Notes under the pieces: generated by a model | The model's database searches: none | The model's input: only the letters and a program-made list of their open reading frames with translations | Told to the model about the DNA's origin: nothing | Virus genome (UHGV): UHGV-0133741 | Length of the DNA: 64,000 nt | Source: a virus | Reading direction: 5' to 3' (one strand) | Program-made: the position numbers and the translations under genes | Shown here: in pieces, positions 52,814 to 62,734 of the stretch | How the letters are laid out: every line of letters starts with the position of its first letter | Position numbering within the stretch: the first letter of the stretch is position 1

Positions 52814-53608
52814 ATGACAGCACAAAATACTAAAACCATTCAATACCGCCTGCGTAATGGCCAGAGTGTCGAAGTGACCATCAATAATGATGGTGTGCCT
52901 GGCGAAAAGGTTTCGATCTCTGATCTGGCTATCGAAAAAACCATCATGTGCCACCTTGGCTTTACTGAAGAAGTGAGCAAAAAGCATGGTGTAGCGATCT
53001 GGCGCACAATGGATACTGGCATGCGCAGATTCATTACTGCTCGTACCCCTGGTATGACCATGATGGACCTCATGCAGATTGCGCCGCTGTTTGAGTGTGA
53101 ACCTTTGGATGTATTCAGCAATCCAGCCATCTGCCAGCAGTTATATGGTGAGATGAAACTCGCGGTTACCCCCATTGTGCTGCATGAAGGATCGCTTGCT
53201 GGCGTGTGGAAAGTAGAGCGTATTTCAAGCTACATGCCCTTCCACTTCCATGTCAACGGCATAATCACTGGTGAAAACCAACCTGTTTCCGTTACAAAGT
53301 CAGACCTCAAGCGCGCAATTCTTGAAGCAAGTTGTCGAGTTATCGGCCTGGGCAAACAGTCTTATGTTTCCTTCCCGGCTGGCCCTGAAGGCCCGGCAGA
53401 AATTCTGATTATGGATGCCGATCTGCTCTGGCAAATACAGTTTCTGATTGGCAAAAGCATCATCCGTGCTGAAGAACTCGATCAGTACATTACCTGCACG
53501 ATGACGGATGAAGTCAAAAGTGTGGCTATAGCCAATGCCCGGACCCTGTGTCGTGCTGCATTAACAGAACTGCAAGAAAACACCACGGAAGAGGTGGAAA
53601 GTGATTAA
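52814..53608 (+). CDS. hypothetical protein
   Basis: 264 aa; start overlaps nothing, 3' end overlaps the next gene by 8 nt. Confidence 0.5.
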   Translation: MTAQNTKTIQYRLRNGQSVEVTINNDGVPGEKVSISDLAIEKTIMCHLGFTEEVSKKHGVAIWRTMDTGMRRFITARTPGMTMMDLMQIAPLFECEPLDVFSNPAICQQLYGEMKLAVTPIVLHEGSLAGVWKVERISSYMPFHFHVNGIITGENQPVSVTKSDLKRAILEASCRVIGLGKQSYVSFPAGPEGPAEILIMDADLLWQIQFLIGKSIIRAEELDQYITCTMTDEVKSVAIANARTLCRAALTELQENTTEEVESD

Positions 53609-54695
53609 TCGTATACAGAATGAATCTGCCTGGTTAGCACTGATAGAACGGTATAAAGACAATTGGGAACTGGCAGCAAAAGAGTTGCTTGATATTGAGT
53701 TAACACCTCATCAGGCAAAAATTATTAACGCGATAAAGAACACCGGAGCCAAAGTCACTGCCACCACACCACATGGTATTGGGGAAACCTCTATTGTGGC
53801 AGTGATTAGCATCCTGCAAACAATACTATATTCGTGTTCCCGTACAGTGGTTGTTTCTCCTGCTATTAACGATAGTCGAAAAACAATAATTGCCTATATG
53901 TTCCGTTATTGGGAGCGAGTTACCCAAAAACACCCTTTTCTTGGCAATCATTTCAGAATGCACCATGATAAAGGGTTGGTGCATATCAGTGAAACATGGG
54001 GATGCGTCTATATAACCTATTGTCTGAATAACGAAGTGTCTCTGGCTGGTTTTACTGGGCCGCACGATCTTTTCATCGTTATTAACTCGGCGGAAATCAG
54101 CGATCGCGCTCATGCAGTGATAACAGGCAATTTAACCAATTATGACTCGCGCCTGCTGTTGCTGTCGAAACCATCAGAACACGAGAAAGGGTATTTTTAT
54201 GATTCGCATCACCGATTGGCCCATAGTAAGAACAATCCTGCTGGTTTTTTCACGGCGATAACTCTCAGCACAGAGGATTCACCTCTCGTTTCTGAAGCAT
54301 ATCTTGAATTCAAAGCCAAAGAGTTTGGTGGGCGCAATGGCGATGAATATCGCCGATTGATCTTGGGGAAATTCCCTGGGATTCGGGAGTTGATGGAAAA
54401 ATCATCTGTTCCCCGTAATATGCACTTCACAATGACTGACGGTAGTAAATGGGTAGTGCCTACGATCGTGATCGCTAAACACCATGCGAAACATCACGCT
54501 CAAAAACACAACTCCAGCACATTAGACTGGCTGAAAGCCTATACAATACCGTTATTCTCAGCAAACCATAACGCTATAGCTGAATGGGCTAAACAAATTC
54601 CCTGGCGGGATGTGGCTGAAGAGGCATTTGTCGAAAAACCACCAAGAGATTTGCACGAGCACTGTTGGCTGACATCAGAAAAGAGCTTCTCGTGA
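53601..54695 (+). CDS. terminase-large-subunit-like ATPase-domain protein (degenerate PacB paralog)
   Basis: 364 aa; collinear with PacB 30644..32128 (LLLSKPSEHEKGYFYDSHHRLA...AITLSTEDSPLV vs [21 protein letters not shown]...[12 protein letters not shown]); Walker A Lys and Walker B Asp-Glu replaced; no nuclease domain. Confidence 0.6.
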   Translation: MINRIQNESAWLALIERYKDNWELAAKELLDIELTPHQAKIINAIKNTGAKVTATTPHGIGETSIVAVISILQTILYSCSRTVVVSPAINDSRKTIIAYMFRYWERVTQKHPFLGNHFRMHHDKGLVHISETWGCVYITYCLNNEVSLAGFTGPHDLFIVINSAEISDRAHAVITGNLTNYDSRLLLLSKPSEHEKGYFYDSHHRLAHSKNNPAGFFTAITLSTEDSPLVSEAYLEFKAKEFGGRNGDEYRRLILGKFPGIRELMEKSSVPRNMHFTMTDGSKWVVPTIVIAKHHAKHHAQKHNSSTLDWLKAYTIPLFSANHNAIAEWAKQIPWRDVAEEAFVEKPPRDLHEHCWLTSEKSFS

Positions 54696-54700
54696 GGTAA

Positions 54701-54727
54701 AAATCCCGCCGATTGGCGGGATTTCTT
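54701..54727. terminator. bidirectional intrinsic terminator
   Basis: AAATCCCGCC-GATT-GGCGGGATTT perfect 10-bp stem between convergent genes. Confidence 0.6.
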
Positions 54728-55038
54728 CAATATACGATCTGGTCTACATGATCACCAAAATCATCGTCGTCGTCGTCCTCATCGCCACCATCTACTGCTG
54801 GCCAATCAACAAACCAGCCAGCGTAAAGATGCAGCGTTCGGAGAACATCACTTGCGGGAGCATCAAGGGTGTTAACGAATCCCATATAGCTATTGGGATT
54901 TGCTCCAGCTATGGCTTCAGCGATCATGTCCTCGGTAATGTCACCGGAGATAATGCTTAAACGCCCGGAAACTTCTTCATTATCATCAAATTCGATAATG
55001 GCATCTCCGCCTAATGGCGCTGCGATTTTAATCTGCAT
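54727..55038 (-). CDS. small acidic protein
   Basis: 103 aa ending in a poly-Asp run (GGDEDDDDDDFGDHVD); last gene of the minus-strand Dar-like operon. Confidence 0.45.
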   Translation of the reverse strand: MQIKIAAPLGGDAIIEFDDNEEVSGRLSIISGDITEDMIAEAIAGANPNSYMGFVNTLDAPASDVLRTLHLYAGWFVDWPAVDGGDEDDDDDDFGDHVDQIVY

Positions 55039-58015
55039 TATTTAGCTCCTTTGCCACACCTAATAACAGTTCCAGCAATCCGTCACCATTCATCAGTGAT
55101 GCGGCAGCGGCCTCTTTGTCATGATACAACTGAAGAGCCATAGAGAATACTTCCGTTGCTGACGTTTTGGAAATAGTCGGTGATTTCTGCCGAATTTTCC
55201 CGGTGTTACTTACTGAGGCTGGCGGGTATACCTTCGCCATATAAATATTACTCAATCGAGATCTGAAGCACCATTCAGGCTTGCCACGCCCACCGATATT
55301 AACGAAAGATGGCTTATCCCCTTCAACATTGGCCTTCAGGAATGACCGGGCTTTCTCTAACAAACCAGGGTTACTGTACTCAAGATGATGACCCAACTCG
55401 TGCCACAGTGCACTTGCATTTTCATCGTTCAAATTGACAGCAACAACACCATTAAGATTTGCATATGCCCTTCCCTGGTGGTGAACCACCTTTGATAAGG
55501 TCGAAATTTTACCGCCGGTCAGGCGATAAATATCAGCAAGTTCCTTGCGCAGGTCTATCCCACCATTCTGTCCAGCGCGGGCTTCTTCCACTTCTTCCGT
55601 GATAAAAGAGTCGGCCCACTCAAGAGCTTTTTCTTCAGATACGGATGAGTTGGCGATCGCACTGTTCATGGCAGATAACACTTTCTCGTGGACCGAACCC
55701 ATACTTTGCTGATTCATTTGCCAGCGTGTCTGCGGGTTATATGAGAATCGCTTAAGTAGTTGGTCAAGATGCTCAAGTTCTTCTTCGCTGACATACTTTT
55801 TAGCCTCACCAATAATGCCAGGGAGAATATTGCCGTTAGGATTAAACGCTCGCGAAAGGAAAAGTTTCAGCGCCCCCATGCCCTCCGATGCTTCAATATC
55901 ACCAATAACCCGGTTAACAATGGCCGCACTCTTCGGATTAGCATCCGCCAACGCTCTGGCTACGATTTGCAGGGACGATACGACCTCACGCTGCATATCA
56001 GTCCTGATCTCATCAATAAACTCTGGCGTTATGCCGTGCTCTTTTAGGATATCCCAGCCTTCCGCCGTTACCCCATCAATATCCCCGAGATGTTTATTAA
56101 CCCGACTTTGCAATGCCTTAAATGCCTTCAGAATTCCACGGGCATCATCCGCTTTACTAACGGCTTTCCTGAATGCTGGCAAGAAGTCTGAGTTAACCTC
56201 ATTTTGTTGATCGGCCCACTGAATGGAGGCTTCTTTCATCTCGTCCAGAGTCAGATCACCCAACGCGGTATGGTCTGTGAATATGAGCGACAACCTCTGA
56301 ACCATTTCTGCCAATGGTGATGCCGAATGCGCCGCGCTAAGGAATGCTTTCACCCTGGTTGGGCGAATGGAAAACCAGTCAATAGCTGGTGGCATATCTC
56401 CGTTTTTTATCGCCAGCGCTATCTCGTCAAAGCCATCGCGCCCAAGGGAGGATGCGTGATTTAACAAGCCGCGAAGTAACGAATTGCTGATACCGAATAA
56501 TCGGCACCATTTTTTCACGTCGGCAACAGGCATTCGAACAAAATGCGCAAGCACTTGTACAAGCTGTTCATCCTGGGGATCTGTACGGGAAAGCAGCCTG
56601 ATCAGATGAATAATGTCTTTGATGCCGGATGCCCAATGTAATAGCAAACTGGTATATGGAGCAACACCGTTGTAACTACCGCCGGAAACGGACTCGAAAA
56701 GACCGCCGGATATCCCTTGCATGCCTTCGTTTTCCAGTTCCTGAGACACCTGGCGAAGGATATCCTGTAACGACACATCACCACCGCCAAACATATCCCC
56801 CAGCGCCTGGCCCTGGTGCTGTAACTCATCATTGATACGTTGAGCCATCAATTTAAAGGCGGTGGCCATACGCTTCGCGCTACGGTTATTCGCGACGATG
56901 AACAACGCGAGAGCTTTCACTTCCGGGGCTGTTTCGCTGAACATATCCCCCTGAGCAATAACATCGGTAATATGTTGGCCTGACTCCTTCGATTGCCTTA
57001 CCAGGTCTACCGCATCTTTCAATGCCGCCAGCGCCTTTTTATCGAGGCTATCCGCTGTTTCAATGCCATCAACGATGGTTGTCACAGCCTGCTTGTGCGC
57101 TTCTCCTGATAAAGCCTGCATCTGGACAAAATCATTGGCCGCCGCATTAAGCGCCGTCAGAACATTACGCATATCCGGATCAGGTTCTTCTGCAACCATC
57201 CTTACCAGGCGCGCATCCTTATATGCCTTGGCAAAGATCGCGTTTTGTATCCGGTCAACAAGTTGCCGTGTTGGTCGCCCATCTTCAGTTACAAGTCCAG
57301 CCGCCTGTGTGGCACCAACTTGCGTCATGAATCCGCGAATAAACGCGTCATTACTGCGGCTAAGCAGATCTCCGCTTTCTGACGGGTTAAACAGCGCCAT
57401 CATCGCCGGAGTTATGCTGTCGGCATCAACAAAAGCCTTTTCACTGGCTGCCATTTCCTGGAGATCAGAAATATTTGAGTCCTTGGCAAACTGAACACGG
57501 TCAACCTTCGTTAACCGGCGGCGCACCAGTACCGGAGCCGTCATTGATTCAACCTTTTCAGGCCGTATGCCGAATTCGGTCGCATGTTCAATCAGGTACT
57601 CCCGATACCGATCCGCATTACCGTCCTGATAGGCTTTAATGATCCCCATGGTCCGCCCATTACCTGACTCAACGGCATTGTCCTCACCAATTATCGGCGC
57701 GCCATGGCTGGATAAACCGGAGTCGGTAAGCTGGGCAGGACGCAAATCCTTGGATATCTGGTTGACCTGAAGAAGGCTGGATGCGCGGGTCCGGTCGCGC
57801 GGCTGAAGTTCCTGGGGATAGTCTGGATTAATTTTCCCATCCAGAGTATTGGATACCAAAAGAGCTGAGGCATCGACGATATCAAACGCCGTTTTTACCT
57901 CGTCTCCCTTCGCTGTCACCACATACGAAACCCGCCCATAATCGGGCAGGTTCTTTAGCAGCTCGATCAGCGTTTCTATGCTGGTGGCCATTACCACCTG
58001 ATCGCTTAAGCTCAT
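55028..58015 (-). CDS. large head-associated protein with HExxH motif (DdrB-like)
   Basis: 995 aa; WHELGHHLE zinc-metallopeptidase-like motif near the C-terminus; position downstream of the DarA-like gene. Confidence 0.6.
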   Translation of the reverse strand: MSLSDQVVMATSIETLIELLKNLPDYGRVSYVVTAKGDEVKTAFDIVDASALLVSNTLDGKINPDYPQELQPRDRTRASSLLQVNQISKDLRPAQLTDSGLSSHGAPIIGEDNAVESGNGRTMGIIKAYQDGNADRYREYLIEHATEFGIRPEKVESMTAPVLVRRRLTKVDRVQFAKDSNISDLQEMAASEKAFVDADSITPAMMALFNPSESGDLLSRSNDAFIRGFMTQVGATQAAGLVTEDGRPTRQLVDRIQNAIFAKAYKDARLVRMVAEEPDPDMRNVLTALNAAANDFVQMQALSGEAHKQAVTTIVDGIETADSLDKKALAALKDAVDLVRQSKESGQHITDVIAQGDMFSETAPEVKALALFIVANNRSAKRMATAFKLMAQRINDELQHQGQALGDMFGGGDVSLQDILRQVSQELENEGMQGISGGLFESVSGGSYNGVAPYTSLLLHWASGIKDIIHLIRLLSRTDPQDEQLVQVLAHFVRMPVADVKKWCRLFGISNSLLRGLLNHASSLGRDGFDEIALAIKNGDMPPAIDWFSIRPTRVKAFLSAAHSASPLAEMVQRLSLIFTDHTALGDLTLDEMKEASIQWADQQNEVNSDFLPAFRKAVSKADDARGILKAFKALQSRVNKHLGDIDGVTAEGWDILKEHGITPEFIDEIRTDMQREVVSSLQIVARALADANPKSAAIVNRVIGDIEASEGMGALKLFLSRAFNPNGNILPGIIGEAKKYVSEEELEHLDQLLKRFSYNPQTRWQMNQQSMGSVHEKVLSAMNSAIANSSVSEEKALEWADSFITEEVEEARAGQNGGIDLRKELADIYRLTGGKISTLSKVVHHQGRAYANLNGVVAVNLNDENASALWHELGHHLEYSNPGLLEKARSFLKANVEGDKPSFVNIGGRGKPEWCFRSRLSNIYMAKVYPPASVSNTGKIRQKSPTISKTSATEVFSMALQLYHDKEAAAASLMNGDGLLELLLGVAKELNNAD

Positions 58016-58027
58016 CCCTGTTACGCC

Positions 58028-58393
58028 TTATGCTGCCTCTTTAATGTTGGCGGCTATCCATGCCGCCGTGTGCTGTTTAACCTGGTCCAGGTCGATGTAT
58101 GTGCCAACATATTGACTCAAGTCCTGTAACGTACCGATAAATGCATCAGTGCTCTGATCGACGAATTTATCAGCCAGGAAATCAGCAACCAGTTTTGGCA
58201 CACCATCATGTTCCGAAGGTTGTTTCTCCTCGCCACTACCGCCGCCAGACGCGCCGTACCCCATCTGTTGCATGATCTGGTCAATTTCATCGCTGATATC
58301 CAGCAACTCCATGCCACTCGCGGTAGCCGCTTTGGACATCAGAGCATCCAACTTATCGCTGAGGTCCATTAACTCAATAGCTGATAGTGTCAT
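58028..58393 (-). CDS. small acidic protein (DdrA-like by position)
   Basis: 121 aa; coupled to the upstream DarA-like gene (4-nt overlap). Confidence 0.45.
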   Translation of the reverse strand: MTLSAIELMDLSDKLDALMSKAATASGMELLDISDEIDQIMQQMGYGASGGGSGEEKQPSEHDGVPKLVADFLADKFVDQSTDAFIGTLQDLSQYVGTYIDLDQVKQHTAAWIAANIKEAA

Positions 58394-60309
58394 GCCGCTA
58401 CCCCCGCTTTCTGGATTGCTACCAACAGATCAGCCAGGTGGCGAGCTGCGCCATTAACCAGCTCTTCGTTTTCCTCAAAACGCCCGGCAGCCTGAAGGGC
58501 TGCAATAGCTTCCCGGACATTACCCCGGGCGTTACGGATCTCCGCCATGTCAGTGCTTTGCATATCCATTACGTTATTGAGATATTCAATGGCTTTATTA
58601 GCCTCTGCATCTGCTTCGCTAACCGTTTCATCAGGCTGTGCCGGGGCCGGTTCTGGCTGAGTAATCTCACCGACTTCGGCCTGCAATGCATTGATCATGC
58701 TCTGCACCATTTTCTCGGTGCCAGCGCCCCCAGGAAACGCAATATTGGGGAAAGTTTTTTGAAACTGAGTTTTCAGCATTACGCGGAACTCGTCTGGTGA
58801 GCTGGTGGCCAGCTCCAGAGCTTTTTGTGCATATTTGCCAAACGGACCATTAGTAAGTGTCTTCGCAAGGAAGTCGAAAGAATCCTCGCGAGGCAATAAC
58901 TTCAGGTCGTACTCACTCATTTGCTGATCAGAAAGCGGGGTATCGTAAGTAGCAATGCCGTAGCGTGCATATTCATAATACGGATCACCTTCATCAGGGC
59001 GCGGCAGAATCGCTTTGTTACCTTCAGGTATTGCGCCAGGGGCCACCGGACGCATTTGCAGGGCATATCGATATGCACCTACAGAGACTTCTGGTTCAGG
59101 CGAAGAGCTACCGGTATCCTCCGCTGGTTCAGGTTCGACGTTTTCCGGTTTATGTTCTTCTGGTTGGACCAGATATTCCGATACATTACCCGCTTTATAG
59201 GCTTTAAACAGCTTGCCGATCGCATCTGCCATGTCCACACCCTGTATGGATTTAGCCTTGATCATGTATACGCTGCCATCCGGATCGGTTAACTGGATAT
59301 ACCCTTCGCCATCCCCAATGAATTGCTTCATTGATGCACCATTACTGAGCGTCGCTTCCCCGTCCATATGCATACGATTTTTGATACTGGCAAGGCGATC
59401 CGTCAGCGCGCGAGAGTGCCCACCAGTCATCCCCGCTGGAGCAATGGTATCGCGCCCACCAGTGCGATTGAGCTGATCAATCTCCGCCTGCAAACGCTCA
59501 TTTTCTTGATAAAGAGAATCCGCTTCCGAAGCAACCGCGTTAATTTTCTGCTCCAGATCTGCCTTCTGGCCTTCTACCGCTGCCACCTGATCCGCGAGGT
59601 CGCTCATGGCATCCTCTTTCTGGTCACTGTCAGCCTGTAGTTGGGTTATTTCATCAACCAGGGCTTTTTTCTTCTTCTGCGCACGCTGGAATTTTGCCGA
59701 GTTTTTCTCTGCAAGGTTGGCAAGTTTCATGGTGACCTGCGCCAGCGTCATATCACGTCCACTCATCGGAGCAACGGTGTGAGTAACGTCTTTTTTATTC
59801 AGTAAGAACTGGAAAGCAACCAGCGTATCGCTATTGGTGATCCGGTTTTCCGCTGTCGGGCTATGAAACAAAATGCTGATAGTCTGACCATCACTGAGCG
59901 GAATAATGGCTGGCAGGACCGGCAGCCCGTTAACGTTACGTGCCCGACCAATTTCAGCGCCGCCGATCGCGCGCGCGCCGCTCTGGGCCACATCCCCCGT
60001 TTTATCACTCCCCGCAGAGATTCCGGTACCATTCAGCTTCTGGTTCAATGCCCGGACAAATGCCTGCATGGTCCGGTGTAACTGCAAACGAGTAGAACTA
60101 ATCGCCTCCAGTAAATCCGTAGCACACCAGTGGATCGGCGTGTCATAGAAGAACGTAGCCTCGATTTCCTCCAGGGTGTTGGATTCCGTCATCAGATAGC
60201 GGTCCTCACCGGCCATTAATGCGCGATATTCATCATCAGTCACTGGCGGGGGAAGCACGTCAAGCCCAGGCTTGATCGTCACCCCTTTATTGATATTGAA
60301 CTGTTCCAT
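58390..60309 (-). CDS. darA: DarA-like head internal antirestriction protein
   Basis: 639 aa in an operon with lydA/lydB-like genes upstream and a large DdrB-like gene downstream, as in the P1 darA operon (synteny and size). Confidence 0.6.
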   Translation of the reverse strand: MEQFNINKGVTIKPGLDVLPPPVTDDEYRALMAGEDRYLMTESNTLEEIEATFFYDTPIHWCATDLLEAISSTRLQLHRTMQAFVRALNQKLNGTGISAGSDKTGDVAQSGARAIGGAEIGRARNVNGLPVLPAIIPLSDGQTISILFHSPTAENRITNSDTLVAFQFLLNKKDVTHTVAPMSGRDMTLAQVTMKLANLAEKNSAKFQRAQKKKKALVDEITQLQADSDQKEDAMSDLADQVAAVEGQKADLEQKINAVASEADSLYQENERLQAEIDQLNRTGGRDTIAPAGMTGGHSRALTDRLASIKNRMHMDGEATLSNGASMKQFIGDGEGYIQLTDPDGSVYMIKAKSIQGVDMADAIGKLFKAYKAGNVSEYLVQPEEHKPENVEPEPAEDTGSSSPEPEVSVGAYRYALQMRPVAPGAIPEGNKAILPRPDEGDPYYEYARYGIATYDTPLSDQQMSEYDLKLLPREDSFDFLAKTLTNGPFGKYAQKALELATSSPDEFRVMLKTQFQKTFPNIAFPGGAGTEKMVQSMINALQAEVGEITQPEPAPAQPDETVSEADAEANKAIEYLNNVMDMQSTDMAEIRNARGNVREAIAALQAAGRFEENEELVNGAARHLADLLVAIQKAGVAA

Positions 60310-60310
60310 G

Positions 60311-60922
60311 TTAATTTCCTGCTTTCAGTTGCTTAAGACGACGTTTAAGTTCGCCATTCCGTGCCTTTTCGTTATTGAGTCGGCCCGTCTCCTTATCCAG
60401 CTTCGCCCGCAAATCAGTGATCTGCTGTTGATTGAAAGACACCGAATTCTGCGCGGACTTATAAGCGGCAACCACCTGAGCATTCCGCTGTTTTGCTTCT
60501 TGCAGGCGCTGAAAGTTGGATTTAACTGCCGGTTTCTTGTCTACCGGATTGGCAACACGCTTCGCTTTGGCGATCAGTGATTTCTGGAATTTTGCGGAGT
60601 TTTTGCGGGCCGCCTGTCCCATGACGGTACCAAGCGTCTTGATATCCGGCGACTGAGCGTTAGGAATAGCTTTTCCATTCAGTTTCACAGACGATATATC
60701 GCCAGTATCGTTTACCTGTATGGCAAGAATTTGTCCGTCGTTAAGAACCAGCTTTGCGGTTTTAACTTTAACGCCATCTTTCGTTGTTGCGCGGTTGCTG
60801 GAGTCAACCTCAATTACCGTAACACCGGTTTTATTGATCGCCGCGATAAGGGATTTCAGCCCCTTTTCATTAACCTGGTCAAAATCGACCGTTGCATACT
60901 TATTTTTCGTCATCTGACACAT
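60311..60922 (-). CDS. basic Lys-rich protein (Hdf-like by position)
   Basis: 203 aa between the lydB-like and darA-like genes. Confidence 0.45.
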   Translation of the reverse strand: MCQMTKNKYATVDFDQVNEKGLKSLIAAINKTGVTVIEVDSSNRATTKDGVKVKTAKLVLNDGQILAIQVNDTGDISSVKLNGKAIPNAQSPDIKTLGTVMGQAARKNSAKFQKSLIAKAKRVANPVDKKPAVKSNFQRLQEAKQRNAQVVAAYKSAQNSVSFNQQQITDLRAKLDKETGRLNNEKARNGELKRRLKQLKAGN

Positions 60923-61343
60923 CCTGTGCGAGATTTATTACGTAACTTCTGCGGATTTTCTGAGTAACAGGGAAAATCCGATACAACGGGTTAATGAACG
61001 AGTCGCCATGCGTAACCATGACGTTGAAATGCCACAGTCGCTCTCCTTTACCCATATATTCAGTGGGTATGTACAACCATTCACTGTTTTCGCCCTGTTC
61101 AGCCGACGTCAGACAACGTTGTTCGCCTTCAATCACTGTCGTTGGCTTCTGAACATCGCGGATCCAATATCTGACCGTTGCGCCGCGCAAAAACGGGAAT
61201 TTAGACCGGTATTTGAACGGCACCCGGATGAAGCCCTGTTTAATTTCCACATCACCAAGTTCTAAATGCGTGATGTCCTTGCGTTTTAGCAAATAGCGAT
61301 CGGCTAAGGCTAACGCAAGAACGCATACACCCCAGCCAATCAT
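60900..61343 (-). CDS. LydB-like antiholin (by position)
   Basis: 147 aa immediately downstream of the holin-like gene (4-nt overlap). Confidence 0.45.
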   Translation of the reverse strand: MIGWGVCVLALALADRYLLKRKDITHLELGDVEIKQGFIRVPFKYRSKFPFLRGATVRYWIRDVQKPTTVIEGEQRCLTSAEQGENSEWLYIPTEYMGKGERLWHFNVMVTHGDSFINPLYRIFPVTQKIRRSYVINLAQDVSDDEK

Positions 61344-61669
61344 TTCCCACCTCCCTTTTTCACCAAACTTGTAAGAACATTCAGAATGCTATCGATATTC
61401 ACTCGTTTCATCCCTGAAATCACCTCATGACCGTTATTGCTGGCTATCGTTACCATTAAGTACGTAATTGATAACTCCCAGCCTTCGTGTTGCCCCAATA
61501 GGTACGCCACCGCGCCAGCTGTCACTGCAACAAAGATCTCCGTAACCAATCCCAACAAATTGCCAGACTGGCGACCATCTCGGACATCCATCAGGAACGT
61601 GCCTATCCCACCAATTACTGAAAGCAGGAGCGCAATAGCAACTGGAGCTAATTCCTGTGTGTCAAGCAC
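61340..61669 (-). CDS. holin-like membrane protein (LydA-like)
   Basis: 109 aa with hydrophobic helices (VAIALLLSVIGGIGTFL, IFVAVTAGAVAYLL, ITYLMVTIA) and a basic C-terminus. Confidence 0.55.
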   Translation of the reverse strand: MLDTQELAPVAIALLLSVIGGIGTFLMDVRDGRQSGNLLGLVTEIFVAVTAGAVAYLLGQHEGWELSITYLMVTIASNNGHEVISGMKRVNIDSILNVLTSLVKKGGGK

Positions 61670-61736
61670 AAGTTCCCTCCTACGTTGTCAGGAGGTAATG
61701 GTATGCAAAGTAACTTCTCAACCGGTCATTTGTTGC

Positions 61737-62018
61737 TTAAGAGGCATTTCTATTGAGGTACGAATCGATAAGCCTTTGTAACCTTTCAAGAATGAGCCTG
61801 TTATTGATGCTGCAAATAAGAGTCACGCAATTCTGAAGACTTTCATCCATACCCTTATATTCCGCGAAACACATGCCTATAAAGCCTGCAAGTACGGCAG
61901 CAAGACACTCGGCCAGCAATTGCCTGCATGACGCTTCGTAACGTTTTTCACGAACCCCATTCAGAAACGAATGCACTCCGCCAAAGATGGATATGAAAAT
62001 GATTTTTAGATCAAACAT
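61737..62018 (-). CDS. small membrane protein
   Basis: About 93 aa from MFDLKIIFISIFGG with hydrophobic segments; upstream of the holin-like gene. Confidence 0.35.
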   Translation of the reverse strand: MFDLKIIFISIFGGVHSFLNGVREKRYEASCRQLLAECLAAVLAGFIGMCFAEYKGMDESLQNCVTLICSINNRLILERLQRLIDSYLNRNAS

Positions 62019-62144
62019 AACTATTTCCTTAATGGTTAAATAAACATCATTGGGAAACGGTATGTACTTTGTGATTTCCACACACACTGGTTTTGTTAAT
62101 TAAAATCCGCAGCTTGCTATAAATAACGATAGTGAGCAGAAAAT

Positions 62145-62705
62145 ATGCTAATAGGCTATGTACGTGTATCAACAAATGAACAAAACACTGCTTTACAACG
62201 AAACGCTCTTGAAAGCGCTGGATGTGAGCTAATTTTTGAGGACAAGGCGAGCGGCAAAAAGGCTGAGCGCCCTGGGTTAAAAAAGGTACTCCGTATGCTT
62301 TCCAGAGGTGATACCCTGGTCGTATGGAAGTTAGACCGTCTTGGGCGCAGCATGCGTCACTTAGTTGTGCTGGTGGAAGAGCTGCGTGACAGAGGCATTA
62401 ACTTCCGGAGTCTCACTGACTCCATCGACACCAGTACACCAATGGGGCGCTTTTTCTTTCACGTAATGGGTGCGCTGGCAGAAATGGAACGTGAGCTTAT
62501 CGTTGAACGTACACGCGCTGGACTTGATGCAGCTCGCGCAGAAGGTCGTATAGGTGGGCGTCGGCCTAAATACCAAGAAGAAACATGGCAGCAAATGCGG
62601 CGATTGCTGGAGAAGGGCATCCCCCGTAAGCAGGTTGCAATCATCTATGATGTGGCTGTTTCCACGCTTTATAAGAAGTTTCCGGCGTCATCATTTCAAT
62701 CCTAA
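62145..62705 (+). CDS. cin: Cin serine recombinase (DNA invertase)
   Basis: 186 aa; MLIGYVRVSTNEQNTALQRNAL... with resolvase catalytic Ser region and C-terminal HTH; abuts the invertible segment. Confidence 0.9.
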   Translation: MLIGYVRVSTNEQNTALQRNALESAGCELIFEDKASGKKAERPGLKKVLRMLSRGDTLVVWKLDRLGRSMRHLVVLVEELRDRGINFRSLTDSIDTSTPMGRFFFHVMGALAEMERELIVERTRAGLDAARAEGRIGGRRPKYQEETWQQMRRLLEKGIPRKQVAIIYDVAVSTLYKKFPASSFQS

Positions 62706-62722
62706 ACCTTGGTTTAAGAGAA
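62697..62722. other. cix-like inversion crossover site
   Basis: CAATCCTAAACCTTGGTTTAAGAGAA overlapping the cin 3' end, resembling the hix/gix/cix family. Confidence 0.5.
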
Positions 62723-62734
62723 CTCGGTACCAGC

